64,000 bases of DNA, taken from the NCBI GenBank assembly GCA_031272985.1, contig JAISSU010000008.1, positions 38,800-102,799 of the forward strand, written 5' to 3'. The DNA comes from Lachnospiraceae bacterium. GTDB taxonomy: Bacteria > Bacillota > Clostridia > Lachnospirales > Lachnospiraceae. The notes under the pieces are model-generated. The model saw only the letters and a program-made list of their open reading frames with translations. It was not told the DNA's origin and did not search any database. This document shows positions 1 to 12,662 of this stretch, piece after piece (the stretch's first letter is position 1; each line of letters starts with the position of its first letter). Both the position numbers and the translations under genes were made by a program.

Positions 1-335
1 TCATTATAAAATTCGTGCATCAGGTACATCGCTATGAGCAGCAGTATCCCCACGTAATTAAAGAAATGCAGCCAAGCCGACGTAGTAAATGCCGTAGATA
101 CGGCTAAAAGCACCATTCCCGCAAAATAAATCCATGAGCCCTTTTGCAGGGTAAATCCTATCTTTTTAAGAAAATAGATACCCGCCCAAATTGTGGCGAT
201 TATCAATATCGGAAAAGTAATACCCGAGGTGTTTTTGTAGAGGCAAAAAGTAAACAGTACACCATAGAGAAGGCTTATGCCTCCGTAAAACTTAAAATTC
301 TCCGACATTTTGCTGACTAACGGTTTTTCATTCAT
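1..335 (-). CDS. partial CDS (runs off window start): predicted multi-pass membrane protein
   Basis: Reverse-strand ATG at 333-335 opens a frame that runs to position 1. Translation MNEKPLVSKMSENFKFYGGISLLYGVLF...IATIWAGIYF...MVLLAVSTAFT contains several hydrophobic helices. Not in the ORF track, probably because it is truncated. Confidence 0.4.
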   Translation of the reverse strand, partial: MNEKPLVSKMSENFKFYGGISLLYGVLFTFCLYKNTSGITFPILIIATIWAGIYFLKKIGFTLQKGSWIYFAGMVLLAVSTAFTTSAWLHFFNYVGILLLIAMYLMHEFYN

Positions 336-468
336 AGCTCTTGTTCTCCTTTCGCAGTGAAAGCATTACGTACGTTCCCGTCGTATTTTCAAAAGCCCCC
401 AAACTCTCAAATTATTACTCTCTCTACTACTATAGAACCTGACTTTTTCAAACAATATTACAACGCGT

Positions 469-3054
469 TTAACTTTCTGTCTGTTCTGATGTTTCTGTAT
501 TTGTTGTTGCCTCCTGTGTATTAGATGATCCTTCGACTTGCGATTCGGCAATTTCCGAAGTTTCTTTCGCATCCTCTATGTCGTCATCAGAACCTTTTCT
601 TACTTTCGCGATGCTGGCAACGGTTATTTCATCATCGCTGGATAAATTAATGAGTTTAACCCCAACAGTAATTCTCCCGACTACCGAAATATTTGAGCAG
701 GCCATGCATATTACGGTGCCGGCGGTATTAATTATCATGATCTTATCGTCTTCATCAACGGCTTTTACACCTACGACATCCCCTGTTTTTTCGGTAATCT
801 TGTAACATTTTACGCCTTTACCTCCGCGGTTTTGACTCGTAAATTCGCTTATTAAAGTGCGTTTCCCCATACCTTTTTCGGAAACAATCAGAAGATGTGT
901 GCCCTGAACATCAAGCTGCATTCCTATGACTTCGTCGGAATCATTTAAATTCATGCCCCGCACACCCATTGAAACACGACCGGTTGAGCGTACATCGGTC
1001 TCATGAAATCTGATGCACTGACCGAATTTAGTAACAAGGAATACATCTTTTTCATTGTCTGTAAATTTAACCTCTATCAGCTCGTCCTCTTCTCTTAATA
1101 CAATTGCGGTAAGCCCTGTTTTACGGACGTTTTGATATTCGCGTATCGGGGTCTTCTTTACGAGACCCTTTTTCGTCGCCATAAGGAGATATTCACCCTC
1201 GCGGTATTCATCAATCGGAATTACCGCTGTTATTTTTTCTTTTTCTTCTCCTTCTTCTGAAGGTTGTAATTGCAGGAGATTAACGATATTGGTACCGCGC
1301 GCGGTACGCGAAGCTTCCGGAATTTCATAGCCTTTTAAGCGATATACCCGTCCCTTATTCGTAAAGAACATAATATAGTGATGAGTATTGGTCATAAACA
1401 ATTCTTCGACGTAATCATTGTCAATCGTCTGCATACCAATGACACCTTTTCCGCCGCGATTTTGGACTTTGAAGGTATCATTTTGCATGCGTTTAATGAA
1501 TCCGAGCTTAGTCATTGTAATTACGACGTCACTACGCGGAATTAAATCCTCATCCTTTAAATCCATTTCATCAAAACCAATTACGGTTCGACGTGCGTCG
1601 GCATATTTGGTTTTAATATCAATAATTTCCGTGCGGATCACTCCTAAAAGGAGCTTCCTGTCAGCCAAAATAGCTTTTAATTCAAGAATCTTCTTTTGAA
1701 GCTCGGCATATTCGGCCTCGAGTTTTTCGCGCTCCAGACCGGTAAGAGCTCGAAGCCTCATATCCACTATTGCCTGAGCCTGCGCATCGCTAAGCCCGAA
1801 TCTATCCATTAATGACTGCTTTGCGATAGCCACGGTCTGCGAGGAACGAATTATTTTGATGACTTCGTCAATATTATCAAGGGCAATTATCAAGCCCTCC
1901 AATATGTGAGCCCTCTCCTCGGCTTTATTTAATTCATACTGTGTACGCCTGGTTACGACCTCTTCCTGATGCTTTAAGTAGTATTTAAGCATTTCCAGAA
2001 GATTCATAACCTTAGGCTCATTATTAACGAGAGCCAGCATGATTACGCCAAAGGTATCCTGCAATTGCGTATGCTTATACAATTGATTTAATATGACATT
2101 CGCATTTACATCTTTTCGAAGCTCAATGCAAATCCTCATGCCCTCGCGGTTAGACTGGTCACTTAAATCTGTAATTCCTTCTATCTTTTTTTCTTTAACA
2201 AGGTCAGCTATTTTCTCAATTAATCTGGCTTTATTGACCATGAATGGAAGCTCGGTGACGACTATCCTGCTCTTTCCATTGTCCATGGTCTCAATATCCG
2301 TAATCGCCCGTACGCGAATTTTTCCGCGCCCGGTGCGATAGGCTTCATTAATTCCTAAAGTCCCCAGTATTTTCCCTCCTGTCGGAAAATCGGGACCGGG
2401 GATGATATTTAAAATATCTTCAAGACTGGTTTCGCCCGTTTCTTCGATTTGATCGTCAATAATTTTAACGACTGCGGAAATGACCTCCCCGAGATTATGC
2501 GGCGGAATATTGGTAGCCATACCGACAGCGATTCCGGAAGTTCCATTTACTAAAAGATTCGGAAATCTCGCGGGGAGAACTACAGGCTCTTTTTCTGTCT
2601 CATCGAAATTAGGAGTGAAGTCGACCGTATTTTTATTTAAGTCCGCAGTGAGCTCCATGGAGATCTTTGAAAGTCTCGCCTCGGTATAACGCATGGCGGC
2701 GGCACCATCTCCGTCGACGGAACCGAAATTTCCGTGCCCGTCTACGAGAGGGTGACGCGTTGACCATTCCTGCGCCATATTAACCAGAGCCCCGTAAATA
2801 GACGAATCGCCGTGCGGGTGATATTTACCCATTGTATCACCGACGATACGCGCACATTTACGATGCGGTTTATCAGGTCCGTTATTTAGCTCTATCATGG
2901 AGTAGAGAATACGCCTCTGTACGGGCTTTAAACCGTCGCGGACGTCCGGCAGCGCCCTTGATGCGATAACGCTCATCGCGTAATCTATGTACGAGGTCTC
3001 CATCGTTTTCTTTAAATCTACCTCATGAATCTTATCAAATATGGTATCTTCCAT
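469..3054 (-). CDS. gyrA: DNA gyrase subunit A
   Basis: Track ORF 469..3114. Carries GyrA hallmarks ([19 protein letters not shown], repeated C-terminal beta-pinwheel blades) and an acidic C-terminal tail. Likely true start is MEDTIFDKI at 3054; the first 20 codons of the track ORF are an upstream extension. Confidence 0.93.
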   Translation of the reverse strand: MEDTIFDKIHEVDLKKTMETSYIDYAMSVIASRALPDVRDGLKPVQRRILYSMIELNNGPDKPHRKCARIVGDTMGKYHPHGDSSIYGALVNMAQEWSTRHPLVDGHGNFGSVDGDGAAAMRYTEARLSKISMELTADLNKNTVDFTPNFDETEKEPVVLPARFPNLLVNGTSGIAVGMATNIPPHNLGEVISAVVKIIDDQIEETGETSLEDILNIIPGPDFPTGGKILGTLGINEAYRTGRGKIRVRAITDIETMDNGKSRIVVTELPFMVNKARLIEKIADLVKEKKIEGITDLSDQSNREGMRICIELRKDVNANVILNQLYKHTQLQDTFGVIMLALVNNEPKVMNLLEMLKYYLKHQEEVVTRRTQYELNKAEERAHILEGLIIALDNIDEVIKIIRSSQTVAIAKQSLMDRFGLSDAQAQAIVDMRLRALTGLEREKLEAEYAELQKKILELKAILADRKLLLGVIRTEIIDIKTKYADARRTVIGFDEMDLKDEDLIPRSDVVITMTKLGFIKRMQNDTFKVQNRGGKGVIGMQTIDNDYVEELFMTNTHHYIMFFTNKGRVYRLKGYEIPEASRTARGTNIVNLLQLQPSEEGEEKEKITAVIPIDEYREGEYLLMATKKGLVKKTPIREYQNVRKTGLTAIVLREEDELIEVKFTDNEKDVFLVTKFGQCIRFHETDVRSTGRVSMGVRGMNLNDSDEVIGMQLDVQGTHLLIVSEKGMGKRTLISEFTSQNRGGKGVKCYKITEKTGDVVGVKAVDEDDKIMIINTAGTVICMACSNISVVGRITVGVKLINLSSDDEITVASIAKVRKGSDDDIEDAKETSEIAESQVEGSSNTQEATTNTETSEQTES

Positions 3055-3130
3055 GTATATCTCCTTGTTGCATATATTTGTTTGTCGAAGACCTTCAAGG
3101 GCACACTCCGACATTGCATGATATTAATTT

Positions 3131-5218
<2,088 letters not shown>

Positions 5219-5246
5219 CTAATCACGATGTCATATGCTAATTTTG

Positions 5247-6335
5247 TTATATTAATTCATTTTCCACCTGTGCGTTATTTACCTTAAATATTTTATTCGC
5301 GGTAAATTTACTCTGTATGAATTCATCCAGTCCCGTACAGGTTAAAAGCGTTTGCGTATCATGAATACTGTATAATAAATCCTGCTGTCTGTTTCTGTCC
5401 AGTTCGGATAAAACATCATCCAAAAGCAATATCGGAATCTCATTAGCTGTTCTTTTAACCAGCTCTATTTCCGCAAGCTTTAAAGACAGCGCCGCCGTTC
5501 TTTGCTGTCCTTGTGAGCCGTATTTACGAATATCCAAACCATTGACTGAAAAACAAATATCATCCCTATGCGGTCCGACCATTGTATTTTTCTGCCTTAA
5601 GTCTCTTTCTCTTAAGTTAAATACAGCGTCCTTTAATTGCTCCCCCTTGTGTGAACTCTCATAGCTCAAATGCAAAGACTCTTTCCCGGAAGTTAGATTC
5701 ATGTGAATATATGATATTATATCATTAATTTTCTCAATAAAATCTATCCGATAATTTTCAATCTCCACCCCATATTGTACCAATTGTTCATCCCATATGT
5801 CCAATGTTTTTAATAATTTTTCATTTTTGTCAATGTCCTTTAAAAGGGCATTTCTATGATGAACAACACTTAAATAGCGGTACAGCTGGTGCAGATAAAT
5901 TCTGTTTAATGCCGACAATTCAATATCTAAAAATCGTCTCCTCTCAGAAGGTCCGTTTTTAATAATATTGAGATCCTCAGGTGAGAAAAAAACTAAACTC
6001 AATAATCCGAAAAGCTCTGAAGCCTTATAAATCGGTATTCTGTTAATGGCGATCCCTTTTGGGGCATTTCTTTTTAAATGAAAATCAATCCTGCCGGCTA
6101 CTCCTCTCTTTTCGTACTCAAGTCCGATGTGAGCCTCATCTTCATTAAGGCGGATTAGTTCTTTGTCTTTAGCACCCCTGTGAGATTTTGTGGTACCGCA
6201 AAGATATATGGCTTCGAGAATATTAGTTTTTCCCGCGGCATTATCACCATAAAAAATATTTATCTTCGGATCGAGATCAATTTTTAAATATTCGTAGTTT
6301 CTGAAGTTTTTCAGTTTAAGGGAATCAATTCTCAA
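5247..6335 (-). CDS. recF: DNA replication/repair protein RecF
   Basis: 362 aa. N-terminal Walker A (GDNAAGKTNILEAI), SMC-like signature and C-terminal LLLDDV. Canonical position between gyrB and dnaN. Confidence 0.93.
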   Translation of the reverse strand: MRIDSLKLKNFRNYEYLKIDLDPKINIFYGDNAAGKTNILEAIYLCGTTKSHRGAKDKELIRLNEDEAHIGLEYEKRGVAGRIDFHLKRNAPKGIAINRIPIYKASELFGLLSLVFFSPEDLNIIKNGPSERRRFLDIELSALNRIYLHQLYRYLSVVHHRNALLKDIDKNEKLLKTLDIWDEQLVQYGVEIENYRIDFIEKINDIISYIHMNLTSGKESLHLSYESSHKGEQLKDAVFNLRERDLRQKNTMVGPHRDDICFSVNGLDIRKYGSQGQQRTAALSLKLAEIELVKRTANEIPILLLDDVLSELDRNRQQDLLYSIHDTQTLLTCTGLDEFIQSKFTANKIFKVNNAQVENELI

Positions 6336-6534
6336 TTTTTACCTCTTTTCCCTTAAAAACGAAAATATCACCGGCGACTAATTTTCTGCCTCGCCTCTTT
6401 TCCGTTTCACCGTTTACTTTTACTTCACCGCTTTGAATAAAATCTTTTGCCAAAACCCCGTTGTCAGCCATGCCGGAGAGTTTCATAGCCTGCCCCAGTT
6501 TAATAAAATCATCTTTAATTTTTATTACTTGCAT
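6325..6534 (-). CDS. yaaA: S4-domain RNA-binding protein YaaA/RemB-like
   Basis: 69-aa ORF between dnaN and recF, overlapping the recF start by 11 nt. Lys/Gly-rich S4-like fold (KLVAGDIFVFKGKEVKI). Conserved Firmicutes origin synteny. Confidence 0.7.
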   Translation of the reverse strand: MQVIKIKDDFIKLGQAMKLSGMADNGVLAKDFIQSGEVKVNGETEKRRGRKLVAGDIFVFKGKEVKIEN

Positions 6535-6653
6535 ACTCTTCTCCCGAGGGTTTTTCCGGATGTTAATTGCTCAGTCTCCCGGACCCGATTACGAAACTAT
6601 GTATTACTATATATTCTTTATTATTGTTAAACCATTTGTAAATATCTTAATTC

Positions 6654-7772
6654 TTAAATAGTGGCAAAATTAAGCGGTAATATCAAATAAATGTAATTAT
6701 ATTCCTCATCTCTTATAAAGCATGGTGCCTTCGAATTACTCATATACATTGTTACTTCCTCATCATCTATTACCCTTAAAGCATCCAAAACAAATTTCGC
6801 ATTGAAGCCTATTGTTAAATCTCTTCCCTCTTTTGAAACGTATAATTCCTCATACAATTCGCCTATGGCAGACTTTAGTTTAATTTCTACAACTTCGTCC
6901 TTTATATCAAGTACCAATGGCTTTTTATCCGCTTCATTTGTTAGCAAAATAGCTCTTTCCACACTCTTTAAGAGATTCTTTTTATTCAGACTTATCTTTG
7001 TTTCATAATCGGAGGATAACATCGTATCAATGTGGAAAAACTCTCCTTCAATCAATCTGGAAACAACAACTGTCTTATCAAATTCGAAAATAATGTGATT
7101 CTGCGTGTAATAAATATCGAGGGAAGAATTAATATCACTCTGCAGTATTTTTATGATTTCATTCAAGGTTTTTCCGGGAACCACAAGTTTTTTATCCGGA
7201 GTATCGCCTTTAAGAGCTGTTTTCCTGATAGCTACTCTATGTCCGTCAAGAGCAATGACGCGCAATTCATTATTTTTAATATCAAATAATTCGCCCATCA
7301 TTATTTTATTTCCCATCTCTGTTGTTGCAACACAGAATATTGTCTGTCTGATGAGTTCTCTTAAAGTAAACTGCGAAATCAGTATAGGACTGGCTATCTG
7401 CTCTTTATAATCAGGCAAATCAACGAATTCATCACCATCATTTCCACCGATTTGAAATTCTGATTTTTCGCAGGTAATAGTAGTCAAAAGATTATTTTCA
7501 TCAACTTCAATGCTGACTAACGAATCCTCGAGTTTATGAACAATATCTGAGAATACCTTTGCATTTAAGGCTACATTCCCTTCACTTAAAATAGTCCCTT
7601 CTAATTCTGTCTGAATAGCTAATTCCATATCGTTTGCAAGAAGGATAATCTTATCATCCTTTGCTGTTATCAGAATGCAATATAAAACCGGCATTGTCGT
7701 TGTGGAGGGCACAGCCTTTGAAACAATATTGACCCCCTTTTGCAATTCCGATTTTTCACATGTTATTTTCAT
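6654..7772 (-). CDS. dnaN: DNA polymerase III beta sliding clamp
   Basis: 372 aa with the three-domain beta-clamp architecture. Sits immediately downstream of dnaA. Confidence 0.93.
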   Translation of the reverse strand: MKITCEKSELQKGVNIVSKAVPSTTTMPVLYCILITAKDDKIILLANDMELAIQTELEGTILSEGNVALNAKVFSDIVHKLEDSLVSIEVDENNLLTTITCEKSEFQIGGNDGDEFVDLPDYKEQIASPILISQFTLRELIRQTIFCVATTEMGNKIMMGELFDIKNNELRVIALDGHRVAIRKTALKGDTPDKKLVVPGKTLNEIIKILQSDINSSLDIYYTQNHIIFEFDKTVVVSRLIEGEFFHIDTMLSSDYETKISLNKKNLLKSVERAILLTNEADKKPLVLDIKDEVVEIKLKSAIGELYEELYVSKEGRDLTIGFNAKFVLDALRVIDDEEVTMYMSNSKAPCFIRDEEYNYIYLILPLNFATI

Positions 7773-7840
7773 TTTAAACTCCTTTCCCGCGTTATAACGA
7801 ATGAATATATTAATTACATTTTATTCTTCTTATTATAGGC

Positions 7841-7857
7841 TGTGGATATGTGGATAA
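7841..7857. promoter_or_regulatory. DnaA boxes in the dnaA-dnaN intergenic region (second oriC half)
   Basis: TGTGGATAA at 7849-7857, whose reverse complement is the consensus TTATCCACA. An overlapping TGTGGATAT at 7841-7849 has one mismatch. The surrounding spacer 7773-7945 is AT-rich. Confidence 0.7.
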
Positions 7858-7945
7858 CTGCCAAAAATGCTTTAAATCCGATAAATTTAGTCCTTTAGTA
7901 AATGGGATAACACTTTGGGTTAAAGGATAATAAAACCGGTATAAC

Positions 7946-9349
7946 TTAAGCTGGAACGATTTTCTTTTTTATTATATTAATAGTATTTTGTAATTTTTCA
8001 TCTTTGCTTAATTGTTTGGTTATTTTATCAATTCCGTGTTTAACCGTTGAGTGATCCTTTCCGCCTACGGCAATTCCTATTGATTTTAAAGGTACTTCCG
8101 TTAATGTTCTTATTAAATACATTGCTATCTGCCTTGGAACAGCTATTTCAGCAGGTCTTTTTTCACTCTTTATATCCGCCACCGAGATATTATAATGATC
8201 AGCTACCGTATCCACTATTAAATCGGGAGTTATTTCTTTTTTATCTCCTGAGACGATAAAATCTTTTAAAGCTTCTACAGCAAGTGATATATCCATTTCT
8301 TCGTTAGTGTTATTTAATTTGTAAAGAGCTATTATTTTATTAAGTGAACCTTCTAATTCACGGATATTGGTCTTAATATGAGTGGCAATATAATGAAGAA
8401 CATCCTGAGGAATATGATATTTTTCAAGGTGGTCATTATCTATTTTCTTTTGAAGAATGGCCATTCTGGTCTCATAATCCGGAGCGGAAATATCTGCAAT
8501 GCAACCCTGCTCAAAGCGAGTTTTAAGTCTCGCTTCAAGTGTTTCGAGATCTTTGGGCGGTTTATCACTGGAAATTACTATTTGTTTTCCATATAAGTGT
8601 AAATGCTCAAATGTATGGAAAAACTCTTCCTGGGTACTTTCTTTTCCAATTATAAATTGAATATCATCTATTAATAATATGTCATTATCCCTATATTTTT
8701 TTCTGAATGCATTAAGTGAAGATTCTTCACGGTTTACTCTTTGATTTTGGTTTTTTATTGCGTCGATCAATTCGTTGGTAAATGTCTCACTGGTGATATA
8801 AAGGACCTTACTTTCAGGGTGATCCACGAGTATTTTATGGGCAATCGAATGCATCAGATGAGTTTTTCCCAGACCCACACCGCCATATAAAAACAGGGGA
8901 TTATATACCTTTCCGGGTGAATTAACGACGGCATTTGCAACACTGTATGCAAATTTATTATTTCCTCCAACTACAAAAGTTTCAAAAGTATATTTTGAAT
9001 TAAGTCCGATTTTATCAAAAATGCTTTTTGAACGTCTTTTATGGGTGGTTTCATGTAAAAGACTCTCGGGATTTTCCAGTCGTTCGTCGTCTTCGGATAA
9101 AAATAATATCTCGTACTCGACTCCCGTAATTTCACCGATACAGACCTTTAATGGAAGCATGTATTTTTTTTCAATATATTCCGCATTAGCATTTGAATTA
9201 ACAAGAATAATAACAGTTTCATCAATTACATCAAACACTTTCAGCGGAAGAATCCAGGTATTGAAAGAAACATTGGATAATTCATGCTCAGTGCGTAAAT
9301 AATCAATAATCTCCCCCCATCTTTCCTTTACGGTATGCAAACAAACCAC
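7946..9349 (-). CDS. dnaA: chromosomal replication initiator DnaA
   Basis: 467 aa. AAA+ Walker A (LFLYGGVGLGKTHL), a sensor region, and the C-terminal DNA-binding domain IV. Flanked by DnaA boxes on both sides. Confidence 0.95.
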   Translation of the reverse strand: MVCLHTVKERWGEIIDYLRTEHELSNVSFNTWILPLKVFDVIDETVIILVNSNANAEYIEKKYMLPLKVCIGEITGVEYEILFLSEDDERLENPESLLHETTHKRRSKSIFDKIGLNSKYTFETFVVGGNNKFAYSVANAVVNSPGKVYNPLFLYGGVGLGKTHLMHSIAHKILVDHPESKVLYITSETFTNELIDAIKNQNQRVNREESSLNAFRKKYRDNDILLIDDIQFIIGKESTQEEFFHTFEHLHLYGKQIVISSDKPPKDLETLEARLKTRFEQGCIADISAPDYETRMAILQKKIDNDHLEKYHIPQDVLHYIATHIKTNIRELEGSLNKIIALYKLNNTNEEMDISLAVEALKDFIVSGDKKEITPDLIVDTVADHYNISVADIKSEKRPAEIAVPRQIAMYLIRTLTEVPLKSIGIAVGGKDHSTVKHGIDKITKQLSKDEKLQNTINIIKKKIVPA

Positions 9350-9492
9350 CTCAATTTCTCATAGTATTAGCTTAAGTCATATTACTTATTCTACACCAAG
9401 ACGAGCACTTTATCAACGAGTGTTTGCTGTGGAAATACTTATCAAAATCGTGATGATTTGAATTATCCGAGTTTTCTTCGAAAAAAAATTTT

Positions 9493-9545
9493 TTGTCCAC
9501 AGGTTTTACACTAAAAATTGTAAAGTTATCCACAAAGTGTGGAAA
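9493..9545. promoter_or_regulatory. oriC DnaA-box cluster upstream of dnaA
   Basis: TTGTCCACA at 9493-9501 (one mismatch). TTATCCACA at 9526-9534 (perfect). Inverted TGTGGAAAA at 9537-9545. The flanks are AT-rich with A/T runs. Confidence 0.75.
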
Positions 9546-9594
9546 AAGTATACAAAAAAAGTGCAAATTTATTGGGAATTCAAGTATTTTTTTC

Positions 9595-9623
9595 TTGACG
9601 TCCAATTGCTTTTTTAATATAAT
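9595..9623 (+). promoter_or_regulatory. sigma-A-type promoter of the rpmH-rnpA operon
   Basis: TTGACG at 9595-9600, a 17-nt spacer, then TATAAT at 9618-9623. A GGGAGG ribosome-binding site sits 8 nt before the rpmH ATG. Confidence 0.6.
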
Positions 9624-9660
9624 ATCTGAATGACTAAATGTCTAAGGGAGGTGTAAGATA

Positions 9661-9795
9661 ATGAAAATGACATTTCAGCCTAAAAAGCGCCAAAGGGCGA
9701 AGGTTCACGGTTTTCGCTCGAGAATGAGCAGCGCCGGCGGCAGAAAAGTTCTTGCCAGAAGAAGGGCAAAAGGCAGAAAATTATTATCAGCTTAA
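9661..9795 (+). CDS. rpmH: 50S ribosomal protein L34
   Basis: 44-aa [47 protein letters not shown], the near-invariant L34 sequence. Below the length cutoff of the ORF track. Confidence 0.93.
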   Translation: MKMTFQPKKRQRAKVHGFRSRMSSAGGRKVLARRRAKGRKLLSA

Positions 9796-9832
9796 ATTTA
9801 TAACAGTAATTATTAAAGAGAGGATTTTCCTT

Positions 9833-10237
9833 TTGAAACTTAAAGCAGACCCGCAATCGGGGCTCATAAACAAAAAATTAGTTTCGCTTAGGAATAATAA
9901 CGATTTCAGAGAAGTTTACCGTAATGGAAAATCCTTCGCAAACAAGTATTTGGTGCTGTACGTATTAAAAAACGGGTTATCTGTTAACCGAAGCGGAATT
10001 TCAGTCAGTAAAAAAGTTGGGAACAGTGTGGTACGGCACCGTATAAAAAGGCTTATTCGTGAATGTATCCGGCTACACGGAGAAGAATTTTTAACAGGTT
10101 ACGATTTCGTTTGGATCGCAAGAGCCGGAATAATTGGTATCAGTTACTGGGAAATGGAAAGCGCAGTCCTGCATTTGGGACGTCTTCATAAAATTCTGAA
10201 AGTCAAATCAGGTTGTGAGGAAGGAAGCGGATTTTAA
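9833..10237 (+). CDS. rnpA: ribonuclease P protein component
   Basis: The track ORF 9752..10237 overlaps rpmH. A likely TTG start at 9833 is preceded by AAAGAGAGGA. The RNR-like motif KKVGNSVVRHRIKRLIRE is present. Canonical rpmH-rnpA pairing. Confidence 0.85.
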   Translation: MKLKADPQSGLINKKLVSLRNNNDFREVYRNGKSFANKYLVLYVLKNGLSVNRSGISVSKKVGNSVVRHRIKRLIRECIRLHGEEFLTGYDFVWIARAGIIGISYWEMESAVLHLGRLHKILKVKSGCEEGSGF

Positions 10238-10243
10238 AAACAT

Positions 10244-10456
10244 ATGAAAAAATTGCTTCTCGGATGTATCCGTTTTTATCGAAAGCATTTGTCGGGCTTG
10301 AAAGGATTCTCAAGTTGTATTTATTATCCCACTTGCTCGCAGTATGCCTTGGAAGCAATCGAAAAATACGGCGCTTTAAAGGGTATGTTTTTGGCAACTA
10401 AACGTATTTTACGTTGCCACCCGTTTGCTAAAGGCGGGTACGACCCTGTTCCTTAG
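10244..10456 (+). CDS. yidD: membrane protein insertion efficiency factor YidD
   Basis: 70 aa with the conserved CxxxPTCSxYxxEA...RCHPxxxGGYDPVP motif. Confidence 0.9.
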   Translation: MKKLLLGCIRFYRKHLSGLKGFSSCIYYPTCSQYALEAIEKYGALKGMFLATKRILRCHPFAKGGYDPVP

Positions 10457-10520
10457 AGTTTAATCTGACCCAATAATTATCTATACTGATACGTATAACG
10501 GGGAAATTAGGGAGGACATT

Positions 10521-11738
10521 ATGGCAATATTAGCAAGCGCAGCAAACTGGCCGATAGTCGGACAGATAGCATGGCTTCTCGGCAAAGTAATGAATTTTAT
10601 TTATACGATGCTGGAAAAGATTTTACCAAGCGAACATGGATTAGTTGGCTGGTCGATTATTATATTCACAATTCTCGTATACATGTTGATGCTGCCGCTG
10701 ACAATAAGACAGCAAAAGACGTCGAGACTGACTTCTGTTATGAATCCTGAGATTCAGGCCATCAGAAAGAAATACGGCGGAAAACGCGATCAGGCTTCCA
10801 TGCTTAAGATGCAGGAAGAAACGCAGAAAGTTTACGATAAATACGGTACTTCAATGGCGGGTGGTTGCCTGCCGCTTCTGATACAGATGCCTTTCCTTTT
10901 CGGACTGTATCCGGTTATTTATAATATCACGGGATATGTTCCCGCAATTGAAAATGCGGGGCCGGATGTAAATCGTTTCTTTACGATTCCGGATTTGACA
11001 ATCTCACCCTCGGTCATGATGAAAAACAGCGGAACTTATGGCATTGCTCCTTGGCTTATAATAGCTACTGCGATACTCTTACCTGTTCTTTCAGGCTTAA
11101 CTCAGTTTTTAAGTATTAAATTATCACAATCAATTTCAAAACAGCCTGCCGGCGAGAGCGGACAAATGGAAGGCACAATGAAGGCTATGAATTACACAAT
11201 GCCTCTATTATCTATTTTCATGGTTTATACTCTTGCTTCGGGTCTGGGATTGTACTGGATAATAAGCGCTGTAGTAAGGAGCGCACAGCAATTTATCATT
11301 AATAAAAAGCTTGCCAAAGTGGATGTAGCTGAGCTTATTGAAAAAAATAAAGAAAAAGCAGCCAAAAAAGCCAAGAAGCGCGGCGAACGTGCAGAAAAAG
11401 TTCAAAGTATGGCTCAAATCAGCGCCCGAAGTATGGGAGATAAAGCAAGGCTTGCCGATCCTGACTCAAGATCAGCCAATCAAACGGCTTCACAGAGGAC
11501 TTCCGGCGCAAAGAATTCTTTAAAAGACAGGGCTAAAATAGATAAAACAAATAAAACCGAAAAAGCTGATAAAACTATCGATGAAGTAAAGGCAATTGAC
11601 GAGAATCAAGATAAAATTGTTTTAAATGGTGAAGAAATCAATGCTTCAGGAGAAATAAAGAAAAAGACTAATAAAAAGATCCAAGGCAGCCTTCGGGACA
11701 AGGCTAATTTAGCAAAAAGGTTTAATGAAAACAGTTAA
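10521..11738 (+). CDS. yidC: membrane protein insertase YidC/SpoIIIJ/OxaA family with a long basic C-terminal tail
   Basis: 405 aa with multi-pass TM helices. Conserved position after yidD. The Lys/Arg-rich C-terminal extension is typical of Gram-positive YidC. Confidence 0.85.
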   Translation: MAILASAANWPIVGQIAWLLGKVMNFIYTMLEKILPSEHGLVGWSIIIFTILVYMLMLPLTIRQQKTSRLTSVMNPEIQAIRKKYGGKRDQASMLKMQEETQKVYDKYGTSMAGGCLPLLIQMPFLFGLYPVIYNITGYVPAIENAGPDVNRFFTIPDLTISPSVMMKNSGTYGIAPWLIIATAILLPVLSGLTQFLSIKLSQSISKQPAGESGQMEGTMKAMNYTMPLLSIFMVYTLASGLGLYWIISAVVRSAQQFIINKKLAKVDVAELIEKNKEKAAKKAKKRGERAEKVQSMAQISARSMGDKARLADPDSRSANQTASQRTSGAKNSLKDRAKIDKTNKTEKADKTIDEVKAIDENQDKIVLNGEEINASGEIKKKTNKKIQGSLRDKANLAKRFNENS

Positions 11739-11751
11739 GGGGGCATTATAA

Positions 11752-12639
11752 ATGGATTACATTACAGTATCTGAAAAAACAGTGGAAGACGCTATTACCG
11801 AAGCGTCTGTGCAGCTTGGTATTCCCAGTAATGAATTGGAATACGAAGTAATTGAAAAGGGTAGCGCAGGTTTCTTGGGACTTGGCATGAAACAGGCAGT
11901 TATACGAGCCAGAAGAAAGCACGCTGAAAGATCTACAGGCGAGCGAGAAGCGAAAAAAGCGCCGAGAAAAGAATACCAAAAGGATTATCAAAAAGATCAA
12001 AAGAGATCTAACCAGAAATCACGCGGAAATGACCAGAAACCGCCCTATAAAAAAGAGGGCAATAAAGATTATCAAAAGAATCACAAACCTCGCGAGACGA
12101 AGGAATTTAACGAAGTTAAAAAGAGCGCTCCCATAGAGGCAGTAGTTCTGAAAAAAGAAGAACCTTTGGCTAAAGTAGAAGAAACGACTATTAGTGCTTG
12201 CAAGAAATTTCTCGCTGAGGTGCTTCTTAAAATGGGTATGGAAGGCGTTAAAATCGAAAGCCGTATTGATGATGAGGGCGCTTTGAATTTTGAGCTTGCA
12301 GGTGAGAATATGGGGCTTTTAATCGGAAAACGCGGACAGACCTTGGATGCTCTGCAGTATCTTACGAATCGTGTTGCCAATAAAATGCAGGAAGGCTATG
12401 TAAGAGTAAAAATTGACACCGAAGATTACCGCAAACGTCGTCAGGAGACATTGGAGATACTGGCAAAGCGCATTGCGGGAAAGGTAAAGAGAAGTCGTAG
12501 AACAGTAGTCTTGGAGCCTATGAATCCGTATGAGCGACGCATAATACACTCGACCTTGCAATCTGACACCGCAATAAGCACTCACAGTGAAGGAGAAGAA
12601 CCCTATCGTAAAGTAGTGGTAACATTAAATCGGCGTTAG
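11752..12639 (+). CDS. khpB: Jag/KhpB RNA-binding protein (KH plus R3H domains)
   Basis: 295 aa. N-terminal Jag_N, a KH-like core and a C-terminal R3H motif (YERRIIHSTLQ). Conserved yidC-jag order. Confidence 0.8.
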   Translation: MDYITVSEKTVEDAITEASVQLGIPSNELEYEVIEKGSAGFLGLGMKQAVIRARRKHAERSTGEREAKKAPRKEYQKDYQKDQKRSNQKSRGNDQKPPYKKEGNKDYQKNHKPRETKEFNEVKKSAPIEAVVLKKEEPLAKVEETTISACKKFLAEVLLKMGMEGVKIESRIDDEGALNFELAGENMGLLIGKRGQTLDALQYLTNRVANKMQEGYVRVKIDTEDYRKRRQETLEILAKRIAGKVKRSRRTVVLEPMNPYERRIIHSTLQSDTAISTHSEGEEPYRKVVVTLNRR

Positions 12640-12662
12640 AATTTAGGGATTGGTGTTCTTAA

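Noticed and set aside
366-572. 68-aa reverse-strand ORF overlapping the acidic tail of gyrA
   Set aside because: Lies in another frame of the gyrA 3' end. The basic, low-complexity translation is typical of a shadow ORF in a GAA/GAT-rich region, and there is no ribosome-binding site.
9752-9832. 5' extension of the rnpA track ORF overlapping rpmH
   Set aside because: The rpmH reading frame and its stop at 9795 are unambiguous. rnpA most likely starts at TTG 9833, after a ribosome-binding site.
12081-12585. Minus-strand ORFs inside jag/khpB
   Set aside because: Antisense to a conserved gene. No independent support.
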